A stretch of 38,126 nucleotides of DNA, from IMG/VR virus record IMGVR_UViG_3300037420_001437, positions 1 through 38,126 of that record; one strand, 5' to 3'. Shown one piece after another: positions 9,743 to 18,002 of the stretch (within the stretch, counting starts at the first letter, position 1; each line of letters begins with the position of its first letter). The translations under genes were made by a program, and so were the position numbers. The notes beneath the pieces were generated by a model. The model saw only the letters and a list, made by a program, of their open reading frames with translations, had not been told where the DNA came from and searched no databases. Source of the DNA: a virus. Lineage: Duplodnaviria > Caudoviricetes.

Positions 9743-10248
9743 TATGCTACCTCCTCCTCAAATAAAGTACATGGGTAGCCGTCCTTTAAACTGATCAGCC
9801 GGGTGGACAGTTGGTTGACCCTTTGGGAAAAGTCCTGCCAGTTGTGGTTATAGTAAGCGGTGACCTCCTCTAAGATCTTGCTCATCTCACCGGAGTCTAA
9901 CCGAAGTACGATGCACAGGGACTCTGATAGACCGGACTTTAGGTTCACATCATAGGTGAACAGCTGGGGGTGGAAGATGCGAATCATCGAAGCGATGAAC
10001 AGCTTTCTTGCCTCGGTCTTCTCCCGTTTTTTGATGGCGCCTAAGTAGTCGGTGGCGAGGTACCCTTTTAGCTTGCAATAGCTCAAAAAGTAAAAGTTTA
10101 GGTTGTGAAGGTCGGTGTCTAAGGACCTGGACTGCTCCTGCCGGTAGCCCTCAATGAGTTGCCTCGCTTCATCCGGATTATTACGGGCGTGGAGCTTGCC
10201 TATCAGGGCGTAGTCTTTGGGGGCTATGGGGGCGTCTAGTACCAGCAT
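9742..10248 (-). CDS. Hypothetical protein, possible DnaA domain IV/TrpR-like HTH
   Basis: 'EARKLFIASMIRIF...LCIVLRLDSGEMSKI' pattern; weak resemblance only. Confidence 0.5.
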   Translation of the reverse strand: MLVLDAPIAPKDYALIGKLHARNNPDEARQLIEGYRQEQSRSLDTDLHNLNFYFLSYCKLKGYLATDYLGAIKKREKTEARKLFIASMIRIFHPQLFTYDVNLKSGLSESLCIVLRLDSGEMSKILEEVTAYYNHNWQDFSQRVNQLSTRLISLKDGYPCTLFEEEVA

Positions 10249-10270
10249 ACGTTAGGTTTAAAAAGGGGAT

Positions 10271-10292
10271 GCCCGGTGTAAAAACACTGGGC
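10271..10292 (-). terminator. Hairpin, putative intrinsic terminator/attenuator
   Basis: GCCCGGTGT-AAAA-ACACTGGGC; a T-run follows a few nt downstream on the - strand. Confidence 0.5.
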
Positions 10293-10514
10293 GTTACGAT
10301 TGCTTGCTGTATGAGAAGGCGTTCGTTTGTTCGTAGGAAGTGGTTTTTTTGGTGGCTTGTCCTACTAAAGTAGTCAGAGTAACAGGGGTAGGGAAATAAC
10401 TGCGCCCTTAGAATTATGTTGGAATTGTGTTAAGGGGGGTAAGAAGATTATGTAACCGGCTGTAGAATAAAAATGGAGCATCGGTGGCGACGCTCCGTTC
10501 AGGGTTCGGTAATT

Positions 10515-10991
10515 CTATGGGGCTAAGGCTTCGCTTATTTTTTCATACCTAAATTCCTCAAAGCTGTCTATTTCGCTACATACTGGACAGGTAAGCCAGC
10601 AACCATTATCATCACAATCTTCCATAATATCATTCAAGGGTACTTCATGGCCTCCGTTGCACTTAATTGTCGGATTATCGTATTCATATAAATATTCCGG
10701 CTCTGGTATGAGGTGGCGAACGATTTGGAAGTCTTGCGACCAATCTACTTGCGCCCCATCTTTTAACAATTGTTCTGAAAGTGAAGGGTCTATCAGAATA
10801 CCTTTATAAGTTTCACTTTCCGATGAAAAGATTTGATCGGTAATATGAACATTCTTACCATCAATTAAGTAGGAGGGCAATTTATCTTTAATGATAAACC
10901 GCACCTCTTGATTTATAGGAACCCGAAAGGAAGTACGACCGGCATCAGGATTTTTGCGTATAGTGTCCTGTAATATTTTAACAACTTTCAT
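10515..10991 (-). CDS. Hypothetical protein with C-terminal zinc ribbon
   Basis: 'CNGGH' and 'CPVC' motifs. Confidence 0.7.
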   Translation of the reverse strand: MKVVKILQDTIRKNPDAGRTSFRVPINQEVRFIIKDKLPSYLIDGKNVHITDQIFSSESETYKGILIDPSLSEQLLKDGAQVDWSQDFQIVRHLIPEPEYLYEYDNPTIKCNGGHEVPLNDIMEDCDDNGCWLTCPVCSEIDSFEEFRYEKISEALAP

Positions 10992-11002
10992 GGATTACAA
11001 AA

Positions 11003-11407
11003 TTACACCGCTATATCTTGAATGATTAAGTAATACTGTGAAAAGATTTCATCATTGGTTTCTATGTGGTTCTTAGCCTCCTGAACATGATAGCCTACGT
11101 TTTGCTGGTTTAAGGCAAAAAACGGGGCTAAGGTCTTTTGGCTGACTTTGGTGGTTTGGGTCAGGTGGTAGATTACGGCCTGCTTAACGGCTGGTATCTG
11201 GTGGCCCTTGATGGTGCCCTTTCCCGGCTGGCTTAAGATGCCCAACGGGAGCTGAAGGGAGTCCTCTACTTTGATGATGAAGTTTCTGATGTCCTCATCG
11301 GATAAGATTTTCTTTTCTTCCGAGAGGGCGGGTTTTCTCCACTTGTCCGGGTCGTTTTGGGTCTGGCAGGATAGGATCTGGCCCAGTGTCTGTTCTGTAA
11401 AGCTCAT
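11003..11407 (-). CDS. DnaA C-terminal (domain IV)-like HTH protein
   Basis: 'IPAVKQAVIYHLTQTTKVSQKTLAPFFALNQQNVGYHVQEAKNHIETN' parallels the Bac_DnaA_C pattern. Confidence 0.7.
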   Translation of the reverse strand: MSFTEQTLGQILSCQTQNDPDKWRKPALSEEKKILSDEDIRNFIIKVEDSLQLPLGILSQPGKGTIKGHQIPAVKQAVIYHLTQTTKVSQKTLAPFFALNQQNVGYHVQEAKNHIETNDEIFSQYYLIIQDIAV

Positions 11408-11488
11408 AAGGTTTAAATAATTAGTTTTAGGTTTTAAAATAAAATAATAGAGGTGTTTTTCTGAGGGTAGGAAAGGATTTTTGGTTGT

Positions 11489-11532
11489 CAGCTTTTGTAC
11501 TACTATTGAGCGTCTGTTGTGTCACTCACTTG
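11489..11532 (-). repeat. Dispersed 45-bp site, copy 1 (spacer CAGACGCT)
   Basis: - strand CAAGTGAGTGACACAA-CAGACGCT-CAATAG-TAGTACAAAAGCTG; 31 bp identical (inverted) to copy 4. Confidence 0.9.
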
Positions 11533-11546
11533 GGGGGTTCGGGGTT

Positions 11547-11846
11547 CTAATCATCAATCCATGTAAAGGAGGGCATCTTTATAGCGTCCTGTGGTTTCAT
11601 TTCAAGTTCAACTCCCTCCTTTTTGACCTTTTCTTTGGCGATGAGATAGGTTAACTCCCGTAGGTGAACGGATGCCGCCATTGCGGTTTTAAAGTCTTTG
11701 AAAAAGCGGTTCATATTTTCAGGTGTGAGGGCATTGAAAATATCTTCAATGGTTTTAAACTCATACTGCGGGTAGTCGGTTTCTCCCTTCTTTAGTTTTC
11801 TTTTTTTGATCTTATCTAAATGAAGGCCGTAATCATTTTTACTCAT
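11547..11846 (-). CDS. Hypothetical protein
   Basis: 99-aa ORF with AT-rich leader. Confidence 0.7.
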   Translation of the reverse strand: MSKNDYGLHLDKIKKRKLKKGETDYPQYEFKTIEDIFNALTPENMNRFFKDFKTAMAASVHLRELTYLIAKEKVKKEGVELEMKPQDAIKMPSFTWIDD

Positions 11847-11880
11847 ACTTACTTGTTTTAGTTTAAGAGGTTTTATAATT

Positions 11881-12210
11881 CTACTCAGCTACGTTTTCCG
11901 AGCTCCTACCGGCAAGAAGGGTTAGTATAAATAGGATTAAGAAGATGAAGAACAGCACTTTAGAAATACCTTCTAAGTGGGGGGCAATACCGCCAAACCC
12001 AAAGATGGCCGTGATAATAGACAACACTAAAAAGATAACGGCCCATCTTAATCCATCTTCCCCCGCATCACTCACATCTATACCCTCATAAAAGTCTTTT
12101 GCAGATTGGTTGTGCTTTAAGTTGAAATGCCATAGAAGAATAAAAAATTGGCAAAGCGCCCAAAGGAATAGGGTGAACAGTTTTCCAATTCCGATAAATA
12201 GATACTTCAT
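11881..12210 (-). CDS. Membrane protein with C-terminal DUF1328 (YtjA/UPF0391) domain
   Basis: 'LRWAVIFLVLSIITAIFGFGGIA...ISKVLFFIFLILFILTLL'. Confidence 0.8.
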   Translation of the reverse strand: MKYLFIGIGKLFTLFLWALCQFFILLWHFNLKHNQSAKDFYEGIDVSDAGEDGLRWAVIFLVLSIITAIFGFGGIAPHLEGISKVLFFIFLILFILTLLAGRSSENVAE

Positions 12211-12282
12211 AATTTCTTGTCTTTTAAGTTAAAAAGGGTTTTTGGTTCAGGGCTTTTTCTTTGGGTTCCATTAGTTTATTGA

Positions 12283-12690
12283 TTAGATTTCAACACACTT
12301 TTTACTGACAACCTCCCGAATCTTCTCTACCACCTCAGAGACATACGCGTTCATAGCTTCGTGACTGCGCTTAGAGGCAGGGTGGGCCACTTTTAAAATT
12401 TTAGGCCATACCAAAGGATGTACTGAATTTTTAAAACCCTTTTGAACTTCAGCACCTAACATGACAATTACATCAGCCTCATTAGGCTTGAGCCTGACCC
12501 ACCATTGCCAAGCGTGCCAGTCGGCTTCCTCATTTTTGGGCAAGTATTCGGTAGGGTATAAATTGGTTTTCTGCCAGCTTTTGAAGCCGCCTTCTTCAAT
12601 AATTCGATCAATCAACTTTCCTGTTTTTGTAGAAGAACATAGCGCCTCTTTGCCGGGCTTATGATGTAGGCCAACGAAGATTATTTTCAT
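12283..12690 (-). CDS. Minimal uracil-DNA glycosylase superfamily-like protein
   Basis: 'KIIFVG', 'TGKLI', 'TNL', 'VIVMLG', 'VAHPAS' in UDG-fold order; likely start MKIIFVG. Confidence 0.65.
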   Translation of the reverse strand: MKIIFVGLHHKPGKEALCSSTKTGKLIDRIIEEGGFKSWQKTNLYPTEYLPKNEEADWHAWQWWVRLKPNEADVIVMLGAEVQKGFKNSVHPLVWPKILKVAHPASKRSHEAMNAYVSEVVEKIREVVSKKCVEI

Positions 12691-12758
12691 ATAAAATCGT
12701 TTTTTGAATTTTATTTTATTGTGGTTGATTAGGATTGCCCACTGGTACGCTTTGATCG

Positions 12759-13031
12759 TTATTGAGCTTTTCTTGCAGGAGTTTCTATTTGTTCCATTGC
12801 ACATACGGCCATGCTAGCTACCTTACGCATTATACGCATAGCTTTAGGGTAAGCCGTTTGGACGTTCTGTCTGGATAAAATATGCTTTGCCTCGTTTATG
12901 TAATCTTCGATATACATAAACCACTCTTCGGGGGAATGAATACCTTTTGATGCAGTGGTATTCTCATTCCAACGACTATCCTGATAATCTCTTTCGCCGT
13001 TAATCAAATCGAAAACTTCTTGTCTTGTCAT
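12759..13031 (-). CDS. MazG-like all-alpha NTP pyrophosphohydrolase
   Basis: 'INGERDYQDSRW...EEWFMYIEDYINEA...RKVASMAVCAMEQ'. Confidence 0.55.
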   Translation of the reverse strand: MTRQEVFDLINGERDYQDSRWNENTTASKGIHSPEEWFMYIEDYINEAKHILSRQNVQTAYPKAMRIMRKVASMAVCAMEQIETPARKAQ

Positions 13032-13044
13032 AAACTGTTTTATT

Positions 13045-13986
13045 TTATTGATTAGAATTGTTGTAGCTGGTAATATTCCCATGCTCATCTTCTTTAGTAT
13101 CAATAGGAGTGCTAACAAATGGTTGGTGGGCGGCTTCACAGGGTAAAGTGCCCAAACCTACCAACCGTTTAAGTATCATTACTACATCCTTTGTCCACAT
13201 CTTAGGAAGGTTTTCGCCTTCTGCTTCCAAACCAGTTATGAACTGATTGATTTTAGAAAGAACAAGAGCCCCCTCTTGCTTTAATACATTTCTTTCTGCA
13301 TTAGCTATATCAAACTGTTCTTTCCAGAAAGCAGCGGTATCTGCTGCTATCAAGAGCTCTTGATAATGCTGGTACATTTCTATCCACTTTTCAGGAGGTG
13401 CTATTTTAGCTAACACACTCCAATCAGCCAGCGGGGTCGGAGATGGCGCTTCTTCTAACCATTCGATTGACCATAAATCCTTTTGGGGAATTATAAAGGA
13501 AGGATACATTTCAGTTCCGCAAATGGAAAGTTTAATCTCTCCATCTTCTTTAAAGAAGTTGCCAAGTCTTTTACAGCCAACATTATCCCGGATATGAAGA
13601 AACTTTTCAAGCGGCAGTCTGTCCAGAGATTCAGCAGCATTGACCCATTTTAGCTGAGAGGCCGGGGCTTCCTCTAACCATTCCTCCGGCAGTTGAAAAT
13701 ATTCCTGAATGGCTTGTTTTATTTTTTCTGCGCTTCCCAAATGAAATAAGCGGCCATAGTGCCATGCAAAATCATAGATGTATTCAATTAACCCGTCTTT
13801 TAGAACAAGACCCTTATCAGAGGCTCCTGCCTCAAACATCTCTATCATAGCGGAAATTAGAATATCGCTTAAAAGCATCCCTCCGTCCCTTCTTTGTTGG
13901 GTATTTCGGAAACCTATAAAATGGTCCTCTCCTAAATGTTTTTTCAGGATTTCTTCGGCTAACTGTTGGATTATTTTATTGTCCAT
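13045..13986 (-). CDS. Hypothetical mosaic protein
   Basis: 313 aa; 'EWLEEAP' occurs twice. Confidence 0.75.
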   Translation of the reverse strand: MDNKIIQQLAEEILKKHLGEDHFIGFRNTQQRRDGGMLLSDILISAMIEMFEAGASDKGLVLKDGLIEYIYDFAWHYGRLFHLGSAEKIKQAIQEYFQLPEEWLEEAPASQLKWVNAAESLDRLPLEKFLHIRDNVGCKRLGNFFKEDGEIKLSICGTEMYPSFIIPQKDLWSIEWLEEAPSPTPLADWSVLAKIAPPEKWIEMYQHYQELLIAADTAAFWKEQFDIANAERNVLKQEGALVLSKINQFITGLEAEGENLPKMWTKDVVMILKRLVGLGTLPCEAAHQPFVSTPIDTKEDEHGNITSYNNSNQ

Positions 13987-13988
13987 AA

Positions 13989-14183
13989 TTATTGATTTTT
14001 ATGCTCTGTGTTTTTTTCTGGATTAGTAGTATACTGGTGTCGTTCATCGGCCTTAGAAGACTTTGGTGATGGCGGTACCTCGCCAGCCATATTATTAAAC
14101 CTTTCTTCAGCCTGTCTCAGCCACCGATCTAATTGAGCGTTCCATTCTCTTTGTTGTGGGGATAAATGATTGTTATTGTCCAT
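13989..14183 (-). CDS. Hypothetical protein
   Basis: Likely start MDNNNH, coupled to the upstream ORF. Confidence 0.55.
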   Translation of the reverse strand: MDNNNHLSPQQREWNAQLDRWLRQAEERFNNMAGEVPPSPKSSKADERHQYTTNPEKNTEHKNQ

Positions 14184-14334
14184 TGTTTTTGGTTTGTTGA
14201 TATTTTGATTTGTTAAGATGAATAGGCTCATACCCTGTTATCTGCCCTTCTTTAAGGCACCTTTCTGCATCATCAGTATAATGCTTACACAGAATAGATT
14301 CCGCTAAGGCTCTTATTTGTTCTACTGTATTCAT
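14173..14334 (-). CDS. Hypothetical protein
   Basis: MNTVEQIRALAESILCKH; N-terminus resembles that of 13045..13986. Confidence 0.5.
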   Translation of the reverse strand: MNTVEQIRALAESILCKHYTDDAERCLKEGQITGYEPIHLNKSKYQQTKNNGQ

Positions 14335-14347
14335 TGTTATTGATGTT

Positions 14348-14518
14348 TTATCTATTATCAAACATTTCATAAAGACCTTCAATAATTTCATCTTCAGCAT
14401 CTATTGTGTAGCCCATTTGTTCAATGAACTCAAAAAACTTTTCTTCCTCTTCTATATCCAAACCCAAATGGTTTATAATAGCATCTTTTCTGTTTTCACC
14501 CTGGAATTGTGGTATCAT
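14348..14518 (-). CDS. Acidic hypothetical protein (56 aa)
   Basis: Manual translation MIPQFQGENRKDAIINHLGLDIEEEEKFFEFIEQ... Confidence 0.55.
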   Translation of the reverse strand: MIPQFQGENRKDAIINHLGLDIEEEEKFFEFIEQMGYTIDAEDEIIEGLYEMFDNR

Positions 14519-14572
14519 TGTAATTGATATTTTGATTTGTCAAGATGAGGTTAACGTGTAGGGGAAGCATAT

Positions 14573-14923
14573 TTATCGTACATTTTTCTCATTATTATTG
14601 TTTTGAGTTTGTTGGTTAAACCATTTAATATTTTCTACCAATACTGTCCACAAGGGTTCGATTTCATAAAGGGAAGCCACCCGGTCTAACTCATCACACC
14701 TTTGCTCGTATTCTGGATTGCCTAAAAGTTCATTTAGATTATCCCATTTATAGCAGACGGGCATCAGCCAATCCCAGCTTACATGATAATAAAGGCTTTC
14801 TGGGAAGAGTAAATCTTCATCCGAACGCATAAATTCGCTTTTATCATCCGTCCATTTCTTCCCGTCAAAGTCGGCTATTAGTTTATTTCCTTCTTGTATC
14901 TGTTGGGTTGTTTTCTTATCCAT
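14573..14923 (-). CDS. Hypothetical protein (paralog of 15317..15655)
   Basis: 'IQEGNKL', 'SWDWLMPV', 'IKWFNQ'. Confidence 0.75.
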   Translation of the reverse strand: MDKKTTQQIQEGNKLIADFDGKKWTDDKSEFMRSDEDLLFPESLYYHVSWDWLMPVCYKWDNLNELLGNPEYEQRCDELDRVASLYEIEPLWTVLVENIKWFNQQTQNNNNEKNVR

Positions 14924-15320
14924 TGTTTAAGTTTTGCTGGTTAAGAAATTCGGCTTCTGTGGCAGGGAGTAATTGCCTTGATGGTAGATGGTCTCTGCTG
15001 TTTCTCTCGTTTATTTTAATAAACCCGTAACCCATCCGGCTTTGATGTGTCTTAAATACCTGACCCGTCTGTATATGTTTTACATACGGGGGCCTTTCTT
15101 CCTCTGTGCGTTCTTCCCACCATTCAAGTTTTCGGAAAATATGCGGGTACTTATCAACTTCATGCCCACCTCCATCACAGTAAACTTTGAGCGGGGCGGA
15201 ACTGCCAAACTCAATGATTGTTCCTACCGCATTCCAGTTGCCGGGAAAGTCAGCTATGACTTTATAGCGGGGAAGTAAAAGCTCTTGGACTTGTTGCTGT
15301 TCTACTACTTCTTTATTCAT
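14916..15320 (-). CDS. Hypothetical protein
   Basis: 134 aa, overlapping both neighbours; 'PRYKVIADFP...YPHIFRKLEWWE'. Confidence 0.75.
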   Translation of the reverse strand: MNKEVVEQQQVQELLLPRYKVIADFPGNWNAVGTIIEFGSSAPLKVYCDGGGHEVDKYPHIFRKLEWWEERTEEERPPYVKHIQTGQVFKTHQSRMGYGFIKINERNSRDHLPSRQLLPATEAEFLNQQNLNNG

Positions 15321-15655
15321 TTGTTTTGAGTTTGGTTATCCCATTTAATGAAGTCAACGACGGCCAGCCACGCCGCCTCAATCAGAGGCCCGTTAATTAT
15401 ATTCCAGTATGGCTTAACAGCGTTCTTCGTGGTGAAGATTCGACATTGTTTGGAAGTAGTTATTTCAACAATGCAGTTCATCGTGCCTATCTTTTCTGCT
15501 ACTGGCATAACATCATTCCATGTCACCCATCCCGATAAATAGCCATCAGCATAGCCCATGAAAGCCTCAACCAATTGCCGGTGTTCTTTTGATACCTTCA
15601 GTTTATTCCCTTCTTGTATGGTGGGTATTAATGGTTGTATTTTCTTTTGTGCCAT
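15317..15655 (-). CDS. Hypothetical protein (paralog of 14573..14923)
   Basis: 'IQEGNKL', 'TWNDVMPV', 'FIKWDNQ'. Confidence 0.75.
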   Translation of the reverse strand: MAQKKIQPLIPTIQEGNKLKVSKEHRQLVEAFMGYADGYLSGWVTWNDVMPVAEKIGTMNCIVEITTSKQCRIFTTKNAVKPYWNIINGPLIEAAWLAVVDFIKWDNQTQNK

Positions 15656-16032
15656 AACGTAGTTTGTTTTAGAGAGGTAGCATCAAGGGCAAGGCCAGCG
15701 TCAATCAAGCCGAAAACGTCAAAGTGCTTTGATAGAAGGAATAAGGTTGCTTCGGCTTCCATTATGGCTGTTTTATATTTATCGGCGTTCGGATAGCTTA
15801 ACCCGATTAATTCCCAATCCATTCTCTCATCGTCTGTTATGGAACTTAATGGGCGCAGGATGAGCTTTATCCATTCTATAGGGTATTTAACCCTTTCGGC
15901 TATAGCTTGTTCTAAATTCCAATCGTAGCCTTCTAAATAATGCCCAACGGGTTCAATGCCTGGTTCACAAATAGCAATAGGCACTTTGGGATACAGGTGT
16001 ATATAATTTTTTATGTTCTTTTCCTGTGTCAT
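15628..16032 (-). CDS. Hypothetical phage protein
   Basis: 'IKLILRPLSSIT...LLSKHFDVFGLIDAGLA' pattern, familiar from Bacteroidota phage proteins. Confidence 0.75.
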   Translation of the reverse strand: MTQEKNIKNYIHLYPKVPIAICEPGIEPVGHYLEGYDWNLEQAIAERVKYPIEWIKLILRPLSSITDDERMDWELIGLSYPNADKYKTAIMEAEATLFLLSKHFDVFGLIDAGLALDATSLKQTTLWHKRKYNH

Positions 16033-16082
16033 AACTAACTTGTTTTTACATCGTTGTTTGCTCTTATAAGGTAACAAGGCTA

Positions 16083-16517
16083 TTAGGCGTCTTCAAACAG
16101 CTTTTCGTTCAACGTTTCAATTAGTTCCCGGTATTCCGCTTCGGTATATTCGCTTTCTTCTTCATTGAAATAGGCCACGCCCCGGTAATCACTGCGTAGT
16201 TGCTGCGCAATCAAAATGACCGTTTGCAGTAATTCCTTAACTGTACCCACCCCACCATAACTTACACCGTGGCAACCCTCGCCAAAGTCTATATACTCAT
16301 TGGACAAGGACAAGCACCGGCTATCATCCACCTGCGCCTTTACCAGATACGTTCTTCGATAATGCACTTCGTAAGATTGGGAAGCACTTAAAGCCGCTTT
16401 GTAGTATTCTTTTAACTTAAAGCCAAGCAGGGCGAATACTTCTTTGATTTCCATTTCATTGGCTAAGACTGGCTTTTGTTCCAGTATACCGATTAATTGA
16501 GTAGTTGTTAGTTTCAT
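16083..16517 (-). CDS. Hypothetical protein
   Basis: Likely start MKLTTT after an AT-rich leader. Confidence 0.7.
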   Translation of the reverse strand: MKLTTTQLIGILEQKPVLANEMEIKEVFALLGFKLKEYYKAALSASQSYEVHYRRTYLVKAQVDDSRCLSLSNEYIDFGEGCHGVSYGGVGTVKELLQTVILIAQQLRSDYRGVAYFNEEESEYTEAEYRELIETLNEKLFEDA

Positions 16518-16631
16518 ATATTTTTCGTTTTTAAGCGTTTTTAAATCTAATGTGTGGTCTAACCCTATTTTTGGGTTTGAGGCGAAATTTGCCGCCACGT
16601 ATTAGCGAATTCGGGCACTCCTGCCATAATC

Positions 16632-16976
16632 CTACACCGGACGTATCTCAAACTCAATACGTGGTTCATCCCGGCTCACAAACTTTTGCGCTACGATTTT
16701 TATGCAGTTCCGATCGTTTTTGATCGCCCCTACGTGCTGCAAACAATCCAGGGTCACTTTGAGTGAATTATCCAAATCGGCCCTATTTGCCGGGTAGTAC
16801 ACATCCAGATACAGTTCAAACAAGCCCGTTATATTCAGATTCCGGTAGTGGTTGCACTGTAGGTAAAAGGCTTTTTCATAGTCGGTTAAGGCTTTAGTTT
16901 TATACATCGAACCGTTAGGACTGAACCGGTACATATTGCTTTTGGAAGGACATACCCCCTGAATTATTTGTTTCAT
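16632..16976 (-). CDS. rusA: RusA-family Holliday junction resolvase
   Basis: 'PSKSN', 'RADLDNSLKVTLDCL..GAIKND', 'PRIEFEI'. Confidence 0.9.
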   Translation of the reverse strand: MKQIIQGVCPSKSNMYRFSPNGSMYKTKALTDYEKAFYLQCNHYRNLNITGLFELYLDVYYPANRADLDNSLKVTLDCLQHVGAIKNDRNCIKIVAQKFVSRDEPRIEFEIRPV

Positions 16977-16978
16977 TT

Positions 16979-17257
16979 TTAGCTGGCTTTTAAAAGGTTT
17001 TCCTTTGCTACAAATCCCGTTTTATTCATCTTCGATTCAAAACAAAGAGCAAACGTTAGTTGCACCGATTCTTTGAACAGGTAGCTTTTAAGTAAGGGCC
17101 TTAGTTCTTCTTTGATTGATTCGAGTTCCTTTTGAATGATCCGCTCCCGGCGCTCACAGTTCTGCTGCCAGGTGTCCTCTTTCCAGTTGGGAAGATTGTA
17201 GGCAGGTACCTGGCGCTCCCCGATTAGTTTCCCGTTTAAATAGATTTCGATGGTCAT
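16979..17257 (-). CDS. Hypothetical protein
   Basis: 92 aa, ATGA-coupled. Confidence 0.7.
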   Translation of the reverse strand: MTIEIYLNGKLIGERQVPAYNLPNWKEDTWQQNCERRERIIQKELESIKEELRPLLKSYLFKESVQLTFALCFESKMNKTGFVAKENLLKAS

Positions 17258-17613
17258 ACGCTCTCAATTAATATTTCACCTTTACGGATGCCTTCGGCGC
17301 ACAGTTCCAACAGCTCCCGTTCTTTGGGGGTCATCCTAGAAAAGTGGGCTTTGATGTTATCTAAGATCAGGGCGTCCGCCTGCTTTATCTGAAGGGAAAA
17401 GTCCTGCCACTTGGATTTGGGAATGCGTTTTTCAATCCGGTTAATAGGGCTTGAAAGGGAGGCCGCTACGTCCAAAAAGTCCACTTGTACCCTTCGGGGG
17501 CAGTCCGGGTCGGAGGCGATGCTTCTTGCATATTCACGGGCCGCCTCTAAGTTGTTGTAGCAGAGGGCCACCATTTGGGCGATCATCGGGGGAATCTTTA
17601 TCTCTTGTGTCAT
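17254..17613 (-). CDS. Hypothetical protein
   Basis: 119 aa, ATGA-coupled. Confidence 0.7.
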   Translation of the reverse strand: MTQEIKIPPMIAQMVALCYNNLEAAREYARSIASDPDCPRRVQVDFLDVAASLSSPINRIEKRIPKSKWQDFSLQIKQADALILDNIKAHFSRMTPKERELLELCAEGIRKGEILIESV

Positions 17614-17879
17614 AAGTTTTCGATTTCTTGTTTTACTTCATTCCAGTAAGCAATAGCACTATCGTCTATGATACGACAAATCTTATCTTCTGTTAATTCA
17701 CCATCCTTTCTCAACATCACTCCTATTGTGCTTGAATTAAGTAAGATTTCATCAACGGCTAATAAGGCGCCTTGCTTGGCTACCGGATAAGGGATAGACG
17801 TATATGGTTCGTACTCTCCGGACGCCTGCATCAGATAAACTTTTTCAACTAACTCTTTGGCTTTTTCTTTGGGGGTCAT
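17610..17879 (-). CDS. Hypothetical phage protein
   Basis: 'MTPKEKAKELV...ALLAVDEIL...YWNEVKQEIENL'. Confidence 0.75.
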   Translation of the reverse strand: MTPKEKAKELVEKVYLMQASGEYEPYTSIPYPVAKQGALLAVDEILLNSSTIGVMLRKDGELTEDKICRIIDDSAIAYWNEVKQEIENL

Positions 17880-17989
17880 AGCTTTTCTGCTTTTAACTTT
17901 AAAAGGGCTTTAATCGAATAGTTTTTAAGGGTATCGTTGCGCTTTCTCCAGGGATGGGTTTTGGTTTGTTTGGGTATGGAGTTTTCCAT
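17876..17989 (-). CDS. Small hypothetical protein (37 aa)
   Basis: Manual translation MENSIPKQTKTHPWRKRNDTLK...; ATGA-coupled to the next gene. Confidence 0.5.
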   Translation of the reverse strand: MENSIPKQTKTHPWRKRNDTLKNYSIKALLKLKAEKL

Positions 17990-18002
17990 CTTTCCTTTGG
18001 GC

